A stretch of DNA of 64,000 nucleotides, taken from Syncephalis fuscata S228 (lineage: Eukaryota > Fungi > Zoopagomycota). Position numbers and translations under genes: made by a program. Position 1 is the first letter of the stretch; the number at the start of each line of letters is the position of its first letter. The stretch spans positions 310,001 to 374,000 of the forward strand of contig JAHLTZ010000010.1 of assembly GCA_025786725.1 (NCBI GenBank). The letters run 5' to 3'. Shown one piece after another: positions 1 to 12,920 of the stretch. The notes below the pieces were generated by a model that had not been told where the DNA came from, did no database searches, and saw only the letters and a list, made by a program, of their open reading frames with translations.

Positions 1-132
1 TTATTGCAATAAAAATAGTATATACATTAAAATGGTATACAAGCCAAAAGATTAAATGACGTACTGTAGCCATACGCAGCTGTTTTGTAGCTTTGCTTCT
101 TTTAATATTTATTTTATAAATTTACATTCAGA

Positions 133-1077
133 ATGAACAACAACAATAATTGTTCTACACCAGCTAGCCAGAGCACGGTCATAGCTGTGGATTCGGACTC
201 GGCTCATTTAAATCTGGTCAATGCAGTTGAGGTATTGCATACTAATTCGTGGCTGGAACTAGCAAAGCTAACTTACAAACAACCACATTCGGGAGCTACT
301 TTACCTTGGGAGGTAGTGCGTCGTTTACCAATTGGATATGTCCCTAACAAAACAGAAACAGCAAAATTGCCGACAGCATGGCCGGGTATGACGATGGATG
401 GTAAAAAAATAAAGGCTAATAAGTAGCGATAATAAATGACTAATGCTTGTAATCAATAGCGGTAGACATTCATGCAGTCTTACGTGGAAGCAATACACCA
501 CCGCTATTGCTGCTTGTCCTGCAGTATAGACCACCAATCGATGCCTATGTATTGGAATTTCCATCAGGTAATAGTTTGATCAAATGATAAAGTCTATAAA
601 CTAAACAACGTATTTTTAGGCCTAGTAGACCCTGGAGAAATAGCAGCTAACGCAGCTCTTCGTGAGTTGTTGGAGGAAACGGGATACCGAGGACGTGTAA
701 CGCATATCGGACAGCTTATTGCTTATGAGCCAGGCCTAACTAACTCGGGTACTCGACTCGTTCGCGTGGAGGTAGTCTATTATTACAATATTCAGGCTAT
801 AGCGCTAATAGATTTTAAAGGTAAATCTGGATGCCCCGGAAAATCAATCGCCTAAACAACAGCTTGATGGTGACTATGAACAAGGGCTTGAAGTTATCAA
901 GCTACCTCTACACAATCTTCTGGGCCACATCGAAGGTACTAATTATTGTAGTTATTAATCATTTATCTAACAATGTTACATATATGACTAGATTTACAAA
1001 AAACACGTCCTAATCTTACTGTGGATTCTCGGCTATATACATATGCCGTTGGACAACAATACCATGTCGAGCAATAA
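133..1077 (+). CDS. Nudix hydrolase, ADP-ribose pyrophosphatase (NUDT5/Ysa1-like); 5 exons
   Basis: Splicing the GT-AG introns gives ...LEFPSGLVDPGEIAANAALRELLEETGY (Nudix box GX5EX7REUXEEXGU), plus the EPGLTNS and VDSRLYTYAVG motifs typical of NUDT5/Ysa1; stop TAA ends at 1077. Confidence 0.88.
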
Positions 1078-1112
1078 GCAAATAAATGATTTATTTAGTA
1101 TAACATATCAGA

Positions 1113-2369
1113 TTACTGCTGAAGATAGCGATGTAGTGTTTTTGCCGGCTGTCGTCGAGATAGACCGACACGGATTGGTGTGCGTGGACTGTTAATACTG
1201 GACATGGCATGTGAGCCTGTATTGCTTGCCATTGGTTTACGTAGTCCTGGCGATTTAACAGCACTAACTGGAGTAGGTGGGGAGGCCACTTTAGCTGTTT
1301 TTACCTTGGTATTTGTATTAGAAGCTAAAGTGGATGCAGTATCGGCTGTTTTAGATGTTGTAGGCTTTTTAACTTGTGCTTTCTTATTAGTAAATGTCGA
1401 CTTTATTGTTGCAATATCCGCTATAATCAATTCCTCTTCTTCTTCATTTACAATTGTTTCTTCCTCTTCTTCTTCACTATCCTCTTTTTCAATGATAGTT
1501 TGTTTGTTATCAGGCTGCTCTTCAAATTCTTCATCTTCAATTTGCTTTTTATTTGCTTTGCTTTGTTTTTTGCTTTGTTTTTTGCTATTCTTTGGCAGTT
1601 CGTCATTTCGCTTTCGTTTTGATGGTGCTGCTGGTTGCTCCGTTTCACCCATAGTATTGGATTCCAAATCACTAGCTGTTTTCGTCTCTTCACCGCCATC
1701 TTCTACTTCGGCAAGATATGCTTCTAAATCAAAAACTGGTGCTACTTTTCCTCGACTTGCACGACCTGATCGTCGTCGTGATCCATCCTCATTGCTTTCA
1801 TTAGAGGCTATTTGCACAGCCATTTGCCAATCCATTTTTTCTTGTTCGGTCATATCTTTAGATACATCAGCGGCTTTTTCTACTTTGTTTTTTGAACGTT
1901 TTATTGGCTCCTTCTTTTTTTTAGTTGTTTGCTTGATCTCTTCATCTATAAATGTAAGCTTATCTGCGCCTTGTTCATTTTTAGGCTCATCCACGTCCAT
2001 AAACGCGTCAGTTAATGTTAGTGAACAAGCAGGTTTTGAAATTGCCTGCTTAACTGGCTCTTCGGTTGTTTTTGTTGTTGTTTCTTCTACTGGCGATGGT
2101 TGATTTTCATCATTAGGCTGGTTATCATCTGTTTGTTGAGAGCCTTGAGTATCTGAAAGTGACAACTGTATAGCTTTGCGAATTGCCTCCTCTTCTTTAC
2201 CGTTCTCATCTTCGGACAAGTTATCGCCATGTTGCAATCCTGCTGCTGCTGGTGCTTTTTGCATACTGGCAGTTCGACGTGGTCGCTGTGCAGTCGTGGC
2301 TTCTTTACGTCCAACAGAAGGTGCGTGTTTTGTAATTACAAAGTCGTCAAAATCAGAATCAGAGTCCAT
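1113..2369 (-). CDS. Disordered acidic/basic nuclear protein with UIM-like helices and a C-terminal RAD51AP1-type RAD51-interaction motif
   Basis: Intronless 418-aa ORF. N-terminus MDSDSDFDDFV, UIM-like EEEAIRKAIQLSLSD, C-terminus SPRTPIRVGLSRRQPAKTLH. Confidence 0.7.
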   Translation of the reverse strand: MDSDSDFDDFVITKHAPSVGRKEATTAQRPRRTASMQKAPAAAGLQHGDNLSEDENGKEEEAIRKAIQLSLSDTQGSQQTDDNQPNDENQPSPVEETTTKTTEEPVKQAISKPACSLTLTDAFMDVDEPKNEQGADKLTFIDEEIKQTTKKKKEPIKRSKNKVEKAADVSKDMTEQEKMDWQMAVQIASNESNEDGSRRRSGRASRGKVAPVFDLEAYLAEVEDGGEETKTASDLESNTMGETEQPAAPSKRKRNDELPKNSKKQSKKQSKANKKQIEDEEFEEQPDNKQTIIEKEDSEEEEEETIVNEEEEELIIADIATIKSTFTNKKAQVKKPTTSKTADTASTLASNTNTKVKTAKVASPPTPVSAVKSPGLRKPMASNTGSHAMSSINSPRTPIRVGLSRRQPAKTLHRYLQQ

Positions 2370-3223
2370 AATTTAAAAGTTGTCTGTTATAATGAATTGT
2401 CAATAACTATAGGCTAGAAAGGAAGAAAGGAATGAGCGTAAAAACTCTTTCCTACACCACACTGAATAAGTTGGTCAGTAAATGTTATTCACTGTCACGT
2501 TAAATATGCGTCAAAATGACAAATACAGCATAAATGTTAATAGAAATGAGCGCGTTTTTATTATTATTAATAAAAATGTAATCAAATAAATTCGTGTTGG
2601 GAACGAGCAGCGGAGTCACAATAATAAAAGCATATAAATGATTTAAAATATAATAATCATTAGCTATTTTACTATTTATTAGATATATAATTCATAATTA
2701 TGTTAATGGGCAATTAAAGGATACTAGTGACATTTTAAAAGTGAGCAGCATAGGTTAAACAGTTTGACTTATGAAAAGAACAAGTAAAATAACAATAAGC
2801 CGAATAAGTGGATTATTAATACATGTTATAGTTTAGCCTTTTTATTACTATACCACAAATGCACTTTAATAAACAGCAATTTAGAAAACATTATAAAATA
2901 TATTAAAACAGCTTGTATATCAATATGAATGACGTTTAGAATAGGCACAAAACAAGTACTTAATGTTATTTGCTATAAACATGTAGTAGTGACTTGGCGC
3001 CAATAAAATACTAAAATCAAGAAATGCAATAGGCACACTAATAAATGGGCAGCTTATTTATTGTTTATTAAATGTCATGGGATTTAATGATACGAAGTGG
3101 CATCTTTACAATTTATTTAATCCAAAAATAATACAGCGATTTTGATTAAAAAATTATATTTATGCAATAAATTGCATACGATATAGTTTACTCAACCAAA
3201 AATACTTGTTGGCCGGCTTGTTA

Positions 3224-4081
3224 TTAGGTGAGCTTAGAAACAACAAAGCCGATAATCGTGTATGAAAGAAGATTAAGACAATAGCTGATGCCTGTAAAAT
3301 GCTGGGCTGAGTTGTTGGCTGCGTGTAGTGCTGATTCATTAGTTTTGTCGGAGAATGAGGTTGAAACTTGAGTGACATTAGGCCCTTCGCCTGAACGCCA
3401 CCCTACATCAAACTCGACTACTAAGGGCTCAGTTGCGTTGGAGCGATTGCCCGCAATAATGCACCACTGTGCAAGTTTCAAGGGAGTTACACCTGTCTTT
3501 AACGCTGAATCATAGGCACATTTTTTTATATTGCGCTCAGTGCAGCTTAAGGGTGTCCAGGTGTCGATGAAAGTGCCTGTCATCAACATACCGGGCTTAG
3601 TAGCAAATTGATCGTATGCAGCTTTACTAACTAGCAAAACATTCTGCATTGTGTCTGATTTTGATTTGACAATATAACGTAAATTGTCGGTTAGTCCATC
3701 GGAGCAAACACCGCGCCAGGATGCTTTCTCAATAGACAGTTTCGTTTTGATTGGTGGTGATCCCACAGACGTTAATGGCTCGACTGGCGCAGCCGGTGGC
3801 GATCCCATGGACATTAATGGGGTCGCCGGTGGAAGTGGAGGAGATCTTATAGGTGTTAGTGGCGCAACTGGCAACATTGATGTCACTGGTGCTGTGATTG
3901 GCGGTGATGTGTTTTGTGCTACCGCGCACTAGTTACACCAATCTGGGTGATCAAACAGACTTGATTTAGCAAAAGCGCCATAACATTGTATTTTGAATAG
4001 AATATTGCTATTCGCACTTACCATCGATAGACATGCCAAAATAGTAGCCGCCTGAATGGCAACACTAGCAAATAAGTTCAT
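3224..4081 (-). CDS. Secreted, probably GPI-anchored, Pro-rich protein of unknown function; 2 exons
   Basis: Exon 1 (4022-4081, MNLFASVAIQAATILACLSM), intron 3929-4021 (GTAAGT...TAACTAG), then in-frame CAVAQNTSPP... This gives a signal peptide, a Pro-rich stalk, a Cys-containing domain and a hydrophobic C-terminal tail. Confidence 0.72.
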
Positions 4082-5157
4082 ACTTTTCGTAGTTATTTCT
4101 GTACTTTGTACTAAAACATCAACTGAGTACTAGGTCTGAAGTTGTTCTTTCAACAACGTAACGCCGCTACAAGTGATGAGTATTGAACAGCAGTTGTTGT
4201 TAATAACGGTAGCCAGCCCGTTATTCGTGGGGAAGAGTCTAGTGTGAAAGTACAGCAATAGTGAAAATGGACGCAAACAACACGTCAGTAAGTCCAAATA
4301 CTGTCAGTGGTAGAGACATAAAACAAGACAATTGGCAGGAAATGGAGAAATGGAGTTTTCGACGTGGCCAGCGCTTATTTCAATGATTTTTACCTGTAGT
4401 TGTATGACTATTGGTTTTGAAGGTTGCTACAAAGTCGGAGTCCATTGATGGAGTGCGAATTTATATGAAACAGCCTTTCTCCCTAAGTGCGGGTGAGAAA
4501 AGGGCGACATGAAATATGCACAAAAACTACCAAGAAAGTCGAGTTCTACTAGGTGTATTTCTATATGCTTGACTGTGAGTGGTCAAGCGTTATGCTTGAA
4601 TATGTACTACTGTGTATTTGCCACGCATAATCATGTACAAGCATTTCTAAGTATAGAGCAGACTGCAAAAGTACCACGAATTATCTTTGTTGGTCATTGT
4701 GTCAATTTACGCTGAATATGGACAGCCTGTTTTATAGTATCGCTCGGACACTGGTTCTAAATAGAAACACGAAAGATGAGTCCTTCAATGAGCAACACGT
4801 GTAATAATGCCAGTAATAAAATATTATAGCTTTGTGCTATCAGATTAAATGTCGTATTACAACGTGATACTTAAAAAAGTTTTAATCCACCTCTTCTATC
4901 TTTTTTACGTTTTATCTTTTACGTTCCGCTTATTCGCTGTTCTATATCCGCTGCATTTGTGGCATAATAGGATAAGCTTACACTCTTTTGAACATAACGA
5001 ATTTTCACTACCGACGTAACGATATTAATTCCCATTGATTTTATGAGTAAAATATTTTGTTGCTATCATTAACTACGTACTGACGTGTTTGATGCAATAT
5101 AATATCACGAATTATTTTTTTAAACATTTTAAAAATCACAAACGCAGCAAATTCATT

Positions 5158-6345
5158 ATGCCATCTTCCAATAATGATGAGATAAATATAGCTTGGTCAG
5201 ATGTTGGCATTTCTGCATCGTTTATTGTCGTTAACATTATCGTATCTCTTTGTTTTCGCCTGGGCCTGGAACGGTCGTTGATTGTCTCCTCCATTCGTTG
5301 TACTGGCCAGTTGGCAGTCATGGGCCTAGTGTTGCGCCATGTACTTACCTCGGAAGAAGTTGGCTGGATTCTTAGTCTAGCCGTGCTTCTTACTGTCCTA
5401 GGTGCATGGGAGACCGTCTATCATCAATGCAAGATCCGGCATCGTGGTATGTTTTGGACAGTGCTGCTTGCAACAGCCGGTTCGACCATTATTATTGGTT
5501 TATTAGGCTGTGCCTTTGTACTTCACTTCAAACCAGTATGGACAGCGCGTCTTTTTATTCCAACTATCGGCATGTTGCTTGGTAATTCCATTTCTGGTAT
5601 TGCACTTGGCTTGCGAACCTGTTTAAACGAGGTCCATGCACACCGCGATCATATCGAACAGCAGTTATCGTTTGGTGCAACACGTTGGGAAGCATCGCGT
5701 AATATTCTTCGATCATCTGTCCGCATGGGTATGCTACCTACCGTGAACTCTATGAGCGTCATGGGTATTATATCGATTCCTGGTGTTATGTCGGGTCAGA
5801 TTCTTGGTGGTGTTCCGGTAGATCAAGCTGTTCGCTACCAGATATGTATTATGTTTATGATAGCTGCCTCGACGACCTTAGGTATTGTTACTGCAGCACT
5901 GGCATGTGTCCACACCTGTGTCGATCATCGACATCGTACGCGGCCAGAGCGTATCATTACAACTCCAATTATTATATATGCATGGCGTAATGCTGCATTA
6001 AAATGGGCTGGTATACAAATAATGAAACTCATTCAACCAAGTACTCAATGGATTAAGAAGCAATTTAAAAACATAACTTGTTTAAAAGGCCAATCTAACA
6101 AACACAGCCATCGTCGTAATAATGCACCAACATTGGCTGAGTTAGAAAAAGCTACTATTCAAGCAAAAGATACGACAAAAGATACAGCACCCGAAATGTC
6201 TCAAGTTACGAAAAGCAATACAAATGAGCTTACAGATATTGTAGTTGAGCCACAAACCGCATCTGATTCACATCATTCTATTGTGGAGGTAGCAGTTGCA
6301 CCAGCTGAACAAGCAACTTCTGTTTTGTGTTCATCACCAAAATAA
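5158..6345 (+). CDS. UPF0014 family ABC-type permease (FetB/YbbM, STAR2/ALS3-like)
   Basis: Motifs SSIRCTGQLAVMGLVL, FIPTIGMLLGNSISG, LSFGATRWEA and MGIISIPGVMSGQILGG..AVRYQI. Intronless; likely start MPSSNN at 5158. Confidence 0.88.
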   Translation: MPSSNNDEINIAWSDVGISASFIVVNIIVSLCFRLGLERSLIVSSIRCTGQLAVMGLVLRHVLTSEEVGWILSLAVLLTVLGAWETVYHQCKIRHRGMFWTVLLATAGSTIIIGLLGCAFVLHFKPVWTARLFIPTIGMLLGNSISGIALGLRTCLNEVHAHRDHIEQQLSFGATRWEASRNILRSSVRMGMLPTVNSMSVMGIISIPGVMSGQILGGVPVDQAVRYQICIMFMIAASTTLGIVTAALACVHTCVDHRHRTRPERIITTPIIIYAWRNAALKWAGIQIMKLIQPSTQWIKKQFKNITCLKGQSNKHSHRRNNAPTLAELEKATIQAKDTTKDTAPEMSQVTKSNTNELTDIVVEPQTASDSHHSIVEVAVAPAEQATSVLCSSPK

Positions 6346-7164
6346 ACAAATATTGTTAATTTAATAATATAATAATACTAATACCAATAATAATATAACT
6401 CTAATATGATAAAATTATAATAGTTACTTTAATAATGAACCATGCAAAATGCCAATATCTTGCATATTGCTGTGTGCCATATGCTTTTGTGCTGAAGAGT
6501 GATATACCGAGATTAGTCAAATGCCACGATAAACGAAATATATTAAGGCGAATTTACTAAAATACACCGTTTTGAAAATAGTGAATAATTCCCCATAATT
6601 AAGTACGATTTTTAAAATAATATAAATTAAAATTAATAAATGCAGTTAAATTGTTGTTTTGAATGCACTACCCGGAAGAAATAGACGGATTTAAATACTA
6701 TTCGTCACTATTTTATAATAGCAACGGAAGGATGATTATATTTAATTGGCAATGCAAAGCATTGTCTATATGCTTATGCAGAAAGCTACTGCGTTGATAT
6801 TATGTATAGCCATGCTTTGTTGATGAAATGTGTATTATTATTGCTACTATATTCTTTGTAGATTCAACTTGGCTCGTTTAACTATAAATGCACACATATA
6901 CATTTAGTTGTTGATATTCACACAATCCGTCTATCTATATAGCTTAATTATGGTATACTATGCCTTAATAGTGTAAAAGGCACTTGGAATTTTAAATTAC
7001 AATTACATTTATGGCATAAATAAAATAGTATGATCAAAAGCGCCGAATTAGAATATTCTATTTGGTTTTATTGTAAGGAAAGAGTAATTAATATACATAT
7101 TTATCTTTTATGTAACTGGAGAATAACACTTGAAATGTAGGAAAATGTGTGTAATTTACGATTC

Positions 7165-7383
7165 AAAACGTGAAATTGCAATCATATGGTTTTAATTAAT
7201 ATTCGCTCAATCTTGCTACACATGGCCAACGACAACATCAACAGCAATAATAATTGGTTTTAAATGTTCCAAATAAATCAAATAGTATGTTACATTATTT
7301 ATTTAATCAGTTTATTAACAACTGTATTTTTATTAGGAAACATTATAAATGTGCTGTGTATAACCGCATGACTTTCATTGGAA
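7165..7383 (+). mobile_element. Degenerate Fanzor-element 3' fragment (copy 3)
   Basis: Matches the reverse complement of 31716-31930. Translates T*NCNHMVLINIRSILLHMAN and keeps about 100 nt of the downstream non-coding tail. Confidence 0.62.
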
Positions 7384-8476
7384 GGAGCTGTTTACTTTTG
7401 AGATAAAGTAAAATTCAATCTATTAATTTCAAGCCTCATTTTCTAAAAAACACTCAATTGAAATATTTCATATCTTGCTTCTTTCTCGCATTCTGGCTTT
7501 CATCTAGTCTGCCAAATCTATTCTTATTCTTATCTGCTTTTTTATTATTAAAAGTATACTGCTAAATAGGGCAAACGGTCTTTTTTTTCTGGTAAGCATC
7601 GCGTATCTAGCTTCATCTACTTTTGTTTTGTTTGATGCAGCTATTTAGCTGCTACATGCGTACTCTTTAACCATATAGCTGCAATCTCAGTTAAACCGAA
7701 CCAGACTTGCTGGAGGTTTGCGCAGTATACTTTTAGTATTGCTAGATTGAATGCAATATATATTATTGTACATTATGAACAGTGACAAGCGGAATAAGCA
7801 TGCTGCTTAAAAATATGTACAATACTTTCCCTTTCGTTTTTTGTAGCGCTGATTGACTTGTCTTTTGTATACCTGCATAATATGGTCGGTGCAATAAGCC
7901 GATAAACTATTAGTATTGAAGTTCAACTGGTTTGCATCCTTTTCGCTGCGCATCTCTCCTTGTCGAATAGAGAACTAGCGCTGCAGTTGCAGCTATGATT
8001 GATAAATAATAAGCACTATTTAATAGCTAGCAATGTTGTTGAGTTTGGCGCGGTATTGATAGTTACTTACCCCCTTACGTTATTACATCTAGCACTTGAA
8101 GTAGCTTTCTGTACCGGACATCTTATAAAGGGACAAGTTATAGCAACAACATCGGCCGCAACTCCGCAGCTGTCTCTTTCCCTGTGTATACTTTCGAAAG
8201 TGTTGTTGTCTACGTATTTTATTTGATATTTGCCATTTGAACAAAAAAGTAAGTAAATTGTGATATTAATTCACAATAACAATGTGACGTAAAAAGGTAT
8301 TATCAGCTGACCTTCACGTGTTGATAACGATTCTAGACTGCAATAACACCAACAGCTGTAACAATTATCGACCGTTTTTTTCATTTAACGCCACCTTAAG
8401 CTGGACGTTAAATAACGAATTTTCTGTAAAGGTCAATTCGTAGCAACGTTTAAAAGCAACTGCAGCAGCTGTGTCG

Positions 8477-11400
8477 ATGAGTAGACTGCCAAAGTTTGGT
8501 TCTGGTATTCCTGGACCCACTGCTGTTCTTTCCAACGGTCCATCGTTTGGCCATCAACGTCATAATTCAAGTAGTAGATCTGAAATATCTGGTAGGATAA
8601 ATAGCTGATTAATATAATAACATTTATTTACTCTGCTATTAGATTCAACGCCAACATCACCAATCATGTCAACCGCTGGTGGATTTGGCGCCCCTCGTGG
8701 GCTACGCAAGCCTGGAATGAACGGTGTGGGTGGTAGCGGCATTGGTTCTCCGATAAAGTCAGGACAGCATTCTAGAGGACCTAGTAGTAGTGGTGGAACT
8801 GGTCAATCAATGACCACGGGCATGCGACGTGTACCTTCTAATGCATCAAGTACGGGTACTGGATTGATGCGACCACCTGCTAATGGTGCAGGTACTGGTG
8901 ATAACTTTCAAGTAAATAGCCGAGTACGTGTCGAATCAATGAACATTGAAGGCACTTTACGCTTTCTTGGGTCAACGCACTTTAAGCCAGGCACTTGGGC
9001 CGGTATTGAGCTTGACGACGAAGGTGCAGGTAAAAACGATGGATCTGTTGCTGGTCATGTATACTTTTCATGTCCGCCACAAACAGGTATATTCGTGTTA
9101 GCATCTAAGCTTTCTGCACCCAGTAATGCCAATAATACTGGTAGTGCATCTCGTATTGGACTTCGTGGCCCTCCAGGTGGACTTCGTCGACCAAGTACTG
9201 GTTCAGTCGGTGTTCCAGCGCCAGTTAAACCACTTAACTTTCGTCCAGAGTCAAGGGCAAGTCGTTTTGTTGGCATGTCAGCACAGCAATTCAAACGCCG
9301 TTCGCTAATGATGACCGACGATGACGACGGCTACCAGCCTGGCTCACCACAAGCTGCTAATTCACCTGCTCGCAGCCGAATCGGTGGCGGAAATGGCCTA
9401 GGCATTAGAAATGGACTAGATGGCATGATTGATGATAGTAATCCAGCTGACGAAGATTTAAGTGCACTTAACGGCACTGGCATAGACGGTGAAGCTATCA
9501 ATGGTACTGGCAAGTCGGGTGTTGATTTAGCAGAAGCCCAGAAGATACAAGCACGTGCTGAAGTACTTGAAGCTGAAAACAGATTACTTCGACTTGAAGT
9601 GCAACAAGGCAAGGCCCGACTTGCTGCTGGTGAACTATTGGAACGTGGTATTGTTGGTGAAGCACATGCTATGCTTGGCCGTGATGAAGAGGTAGCGTCA
9701 TTAAGAGAGAAAGTTGAACGACTATCACGCGAGAAGAGTGAAGTAGAACAAGAGCGTGAACGACTGCGACGTGAAATGACCGATCGCAAACGACAAAGTA
9801 CCACGTCAACGCTAGCTCATGTAGAGGACGGAGAACAACTATTGCGACTTACTGAAGCGTTGGCAGAACGCGAATCACGTATTCGTGAACTCGAACAAAC
9901 GATTACCGAGTTGACAAAACGTGTAGAAGCTGCCGAGGCTGCAGCTAAAAATTTAGGTCCAGAGGAAGGCGCCGAGTCTATTGAAGCACTAAGACAGCGT
10001 ATACACGACCTTGAAGAGGCTATGCATGAAACTGACCATGCATTGGCGCAAAAAGAAGATGAGGAGCGTGAATTACGTGAACAACTAGAGCGTTTAATGC
10101 GTGAACGCGACTTTGACGATGCACGTCGCAGTCATGAAGGCGGCGACACTGAACGACAACAGGAACAAATCCGAATACTAGAACGCCAGCTCGAAGAAAA
10201 GTCAGGCGAAATGGGCCAGTTATCAGCTCGTTTGGATCGCATTAGCACTGAGCATGAAAAGGAAAAGGCTACTTTAGAGGAGACGATTAAGCAGCTACGT
10301 TCAGCAGGCCAGGAAACAATTGAGTTGTATGAGTCTAAATTACAGGCATTACAACAGGCTGGTAAAGATGCCATGGCGCTAATGGACGACGAAGGAATGG
10401 TCGAGCGTGAAGCTTTAAACGAACAGCTAACTTTAGCGCAGGATGAAATACAAGAACTGCGTATGGCCGGCGCTGAAACAATTGAAGTATACGAGTTAAG
10501 AGTAACACAGCTTAAGGAGGAACTGGCTAAAGTCCAAGCAAGTGGTGGATCAGGCAGTGAAGCCGATGCTGCACTCCGATTACAGTTAGATGCAGCCCGT
10601 GAAGAAGTACGTGCAGTACAAGAGGCTGCAGCCAGACATGAAACTGAAATGGATGCACGTTTACGTGAAGCACAAGCTAATGGCTTTTCTGCTGATAGCC
10701 AAGCAAAGATTGCTCAACTAGAAGCAGAGCTTGAAGCAACATTGGCCGAACGATTAAGATGGCCGAACAAGTGGCTACTTTAAAGACACAAACACGCGAA
10801 CTAAGAAGTACAAAGACGGATTTAGAGCAGCGCATTGTTGAAGCGGATCAAGCTACTGAACAAGTGCGTGCCAATGTACGTCAATCTATTTCTTCCATGG
10901 ACGACATTATGCGAGGCCGTGACGACGAATTAAAGGAGCTACAAGACAGCAAAGATGCATTGGAGATAGAGATTAAGCAGCTGCGTCAATCTCTTGAAGC
11001 TGCACGCCATGAGTCTACCGATGATGGAGAAGTGGTGGCATTGCGCGAAGAGCTAGAAGACCTACGTATGCGACTTAAAGATGCGAACAACGCTAAAGCA
11101 GTAGCGGCGCAAGGCACAGCAGAAGATGGCGATGAAAACCAGATGGAAGAGCTTCAACGACGAATTACTGAATTGACACAGGACAATCGTGAAGCCAAAC
11201 AGGAAAATCAACGGCTACTTGAGGTGCAAGCATCGCTATCGGAGGCACATCGTCAAGTGGAAAGCGAATGCTTAAAGCTTATGAACGAGCTTATGTATCT
11301 ACATAATGAGCAGCTTAATATAACACCTGCTCAATCAGCACCAGAAGTAGATGCAGGCATTAAACTTGAAGAAGTAGCTGACGACGATACTGACAATCCA

Positions 11401-12190
11401 ATGCCACCAGAGCAGCGTCGTTTATTTGATCTTTTAAAGGAGAAGCAAAGCCAATTAGAGGCACAACAACGTGCTCATCAACAAGAGCAACGACAATTAC
11501 AGCAACGCATAGCCGATATGGAGCGTGAACATCGTGCTGAGGTCGAACGACGTGACAAAGATATAAATGATCTTGAAAGCCTTGTTGAAAGCAAGATATT
11601 TAGAGAAGCCGATTTAGAAGAGCAATTAGAGCAACAAACGGCAACGATTAATCAGCTGCAACAACGTGTCGGCTCTGGCTCAACATTTGGTAACGAATTA
11701 ACAGTAGATGCTCACTCGCATGGTATGGCCAGTCGTGCTAGCAGTGTAGGCCGTCCAGGTGCTCGTAGTCCATCTACCGCATCTAATACAAGTCGTTCAC
11801 GTAACCGCTCAGTAGCTCGTGACTATTCACAGCCGTACTGCGACATTTGTGAAGAGGATGGCCACGATATTATGAGCTGTCCAGCAATTACTGGTACAGC
11901 CAGCACCACTACTACTAATACTAAAGCAGCCATGGCTACTGATAATAAGAATACTATACCCGAAGAGGATGACGAACAATTTGATCGTCCGGTAAGTATT
12001 TTTAATTAAAAGTATTATAGATTATAGATTAATTTACTTATTTATTTATAGTATTGCGATAATTGCGAAGTATTTGGACAGCATTGGACTGAGGATTGTC
12101 CAGTTGAAAGCGAGGTCAGTTATAATTACACCATTCATTAATAGTTAATTAATAGTTAATCAATTAATATTTGTTCATTAGACATTTTAA
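8477..12190 (+). CDS. CLIP-170/Bik1/Tip1 microtubule plus-end tracking protein; apparent frameshift at ~10755
   Basis: CAP-Gly domain (GTWAGIELD...GKNDGSVAGHVYFSC), long coiled coil, two CCHC zinc knuckles (YCDICEEDGHDIMSC, YCDNCEVFGQHWTEDC) and a spliced C-terminal ...ESETF* (EEY/F-type motif). Confidence 0.9.
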
Positions 12191-12920
12191 ATTGTTTCCC
12201 AATGCCAATCAATACTTATGCCATGACCAAACAGTATATGAAACAGGTAATTAATTTATTAATATAAATAACGAACGTGTTATAAATACACAGATGTATT
12301 AATACATCATTACTAATCATTTATCTCTATAGCGATACAATTCTCATTTATTTCCTATTATCTATGTCGTCGATGGTGGCATATACATACTTTTTGTACG
12401 TATTAATTGACCATCATTACAGGTCGACTGTGCTAGTTCCATGCAATCCATTATTAGTTAGTTATGTGCTTTTCTTTTACTAGGACAAGTCGGTCCAACT
12501 AATCATCCCCGTACTTTCCTGTAAACATTAATATAACAATAGTAATTATCATTATCTTCATTACTATTGGTATCAGTATAGTAGAGTATACTTGTCGAGT
12601 GAATTAAATAGATTTATAGAATGGTTAAACTATAAACAAATAACTATAACTATATTGAAAGAAACATCGTTTGTAATAAGAGAATTATAATACAAATTAA
12701 CAAATAATCATATTACCGTACGAGCAAAGAGTATTAACAGCGAAAAAGTTTATAAAAAATGTGTGATTTTTAACCAAATTTCTAGAAGAAGAGTCTTTGT
12801 TGAAATAGGGTGCAAATCTACAAGTAGACCCACAATCAGATTTCGAAAAAATAATTGAATACTCAAAAACAAGAAACTTTTAATACTTGTCATATTGTAT
12901 CTTGTAATTGCAATAGATAA

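Noticed and set aside
1180-2103. 307-aa hydrophobic + strand ORF
   Set aside because: Antisense shadow of the Glu/Lys-rich gene at 1113-2369. The same applies to 12895-13326, 9331-9804 and similar ORFs.
5158-6345. Intronless UPF0014 permease as a recent bacterial transfer
   Set aside because: The family is known in plants and fungi, the composition matches neighbouring genes, and no operon partner is present.
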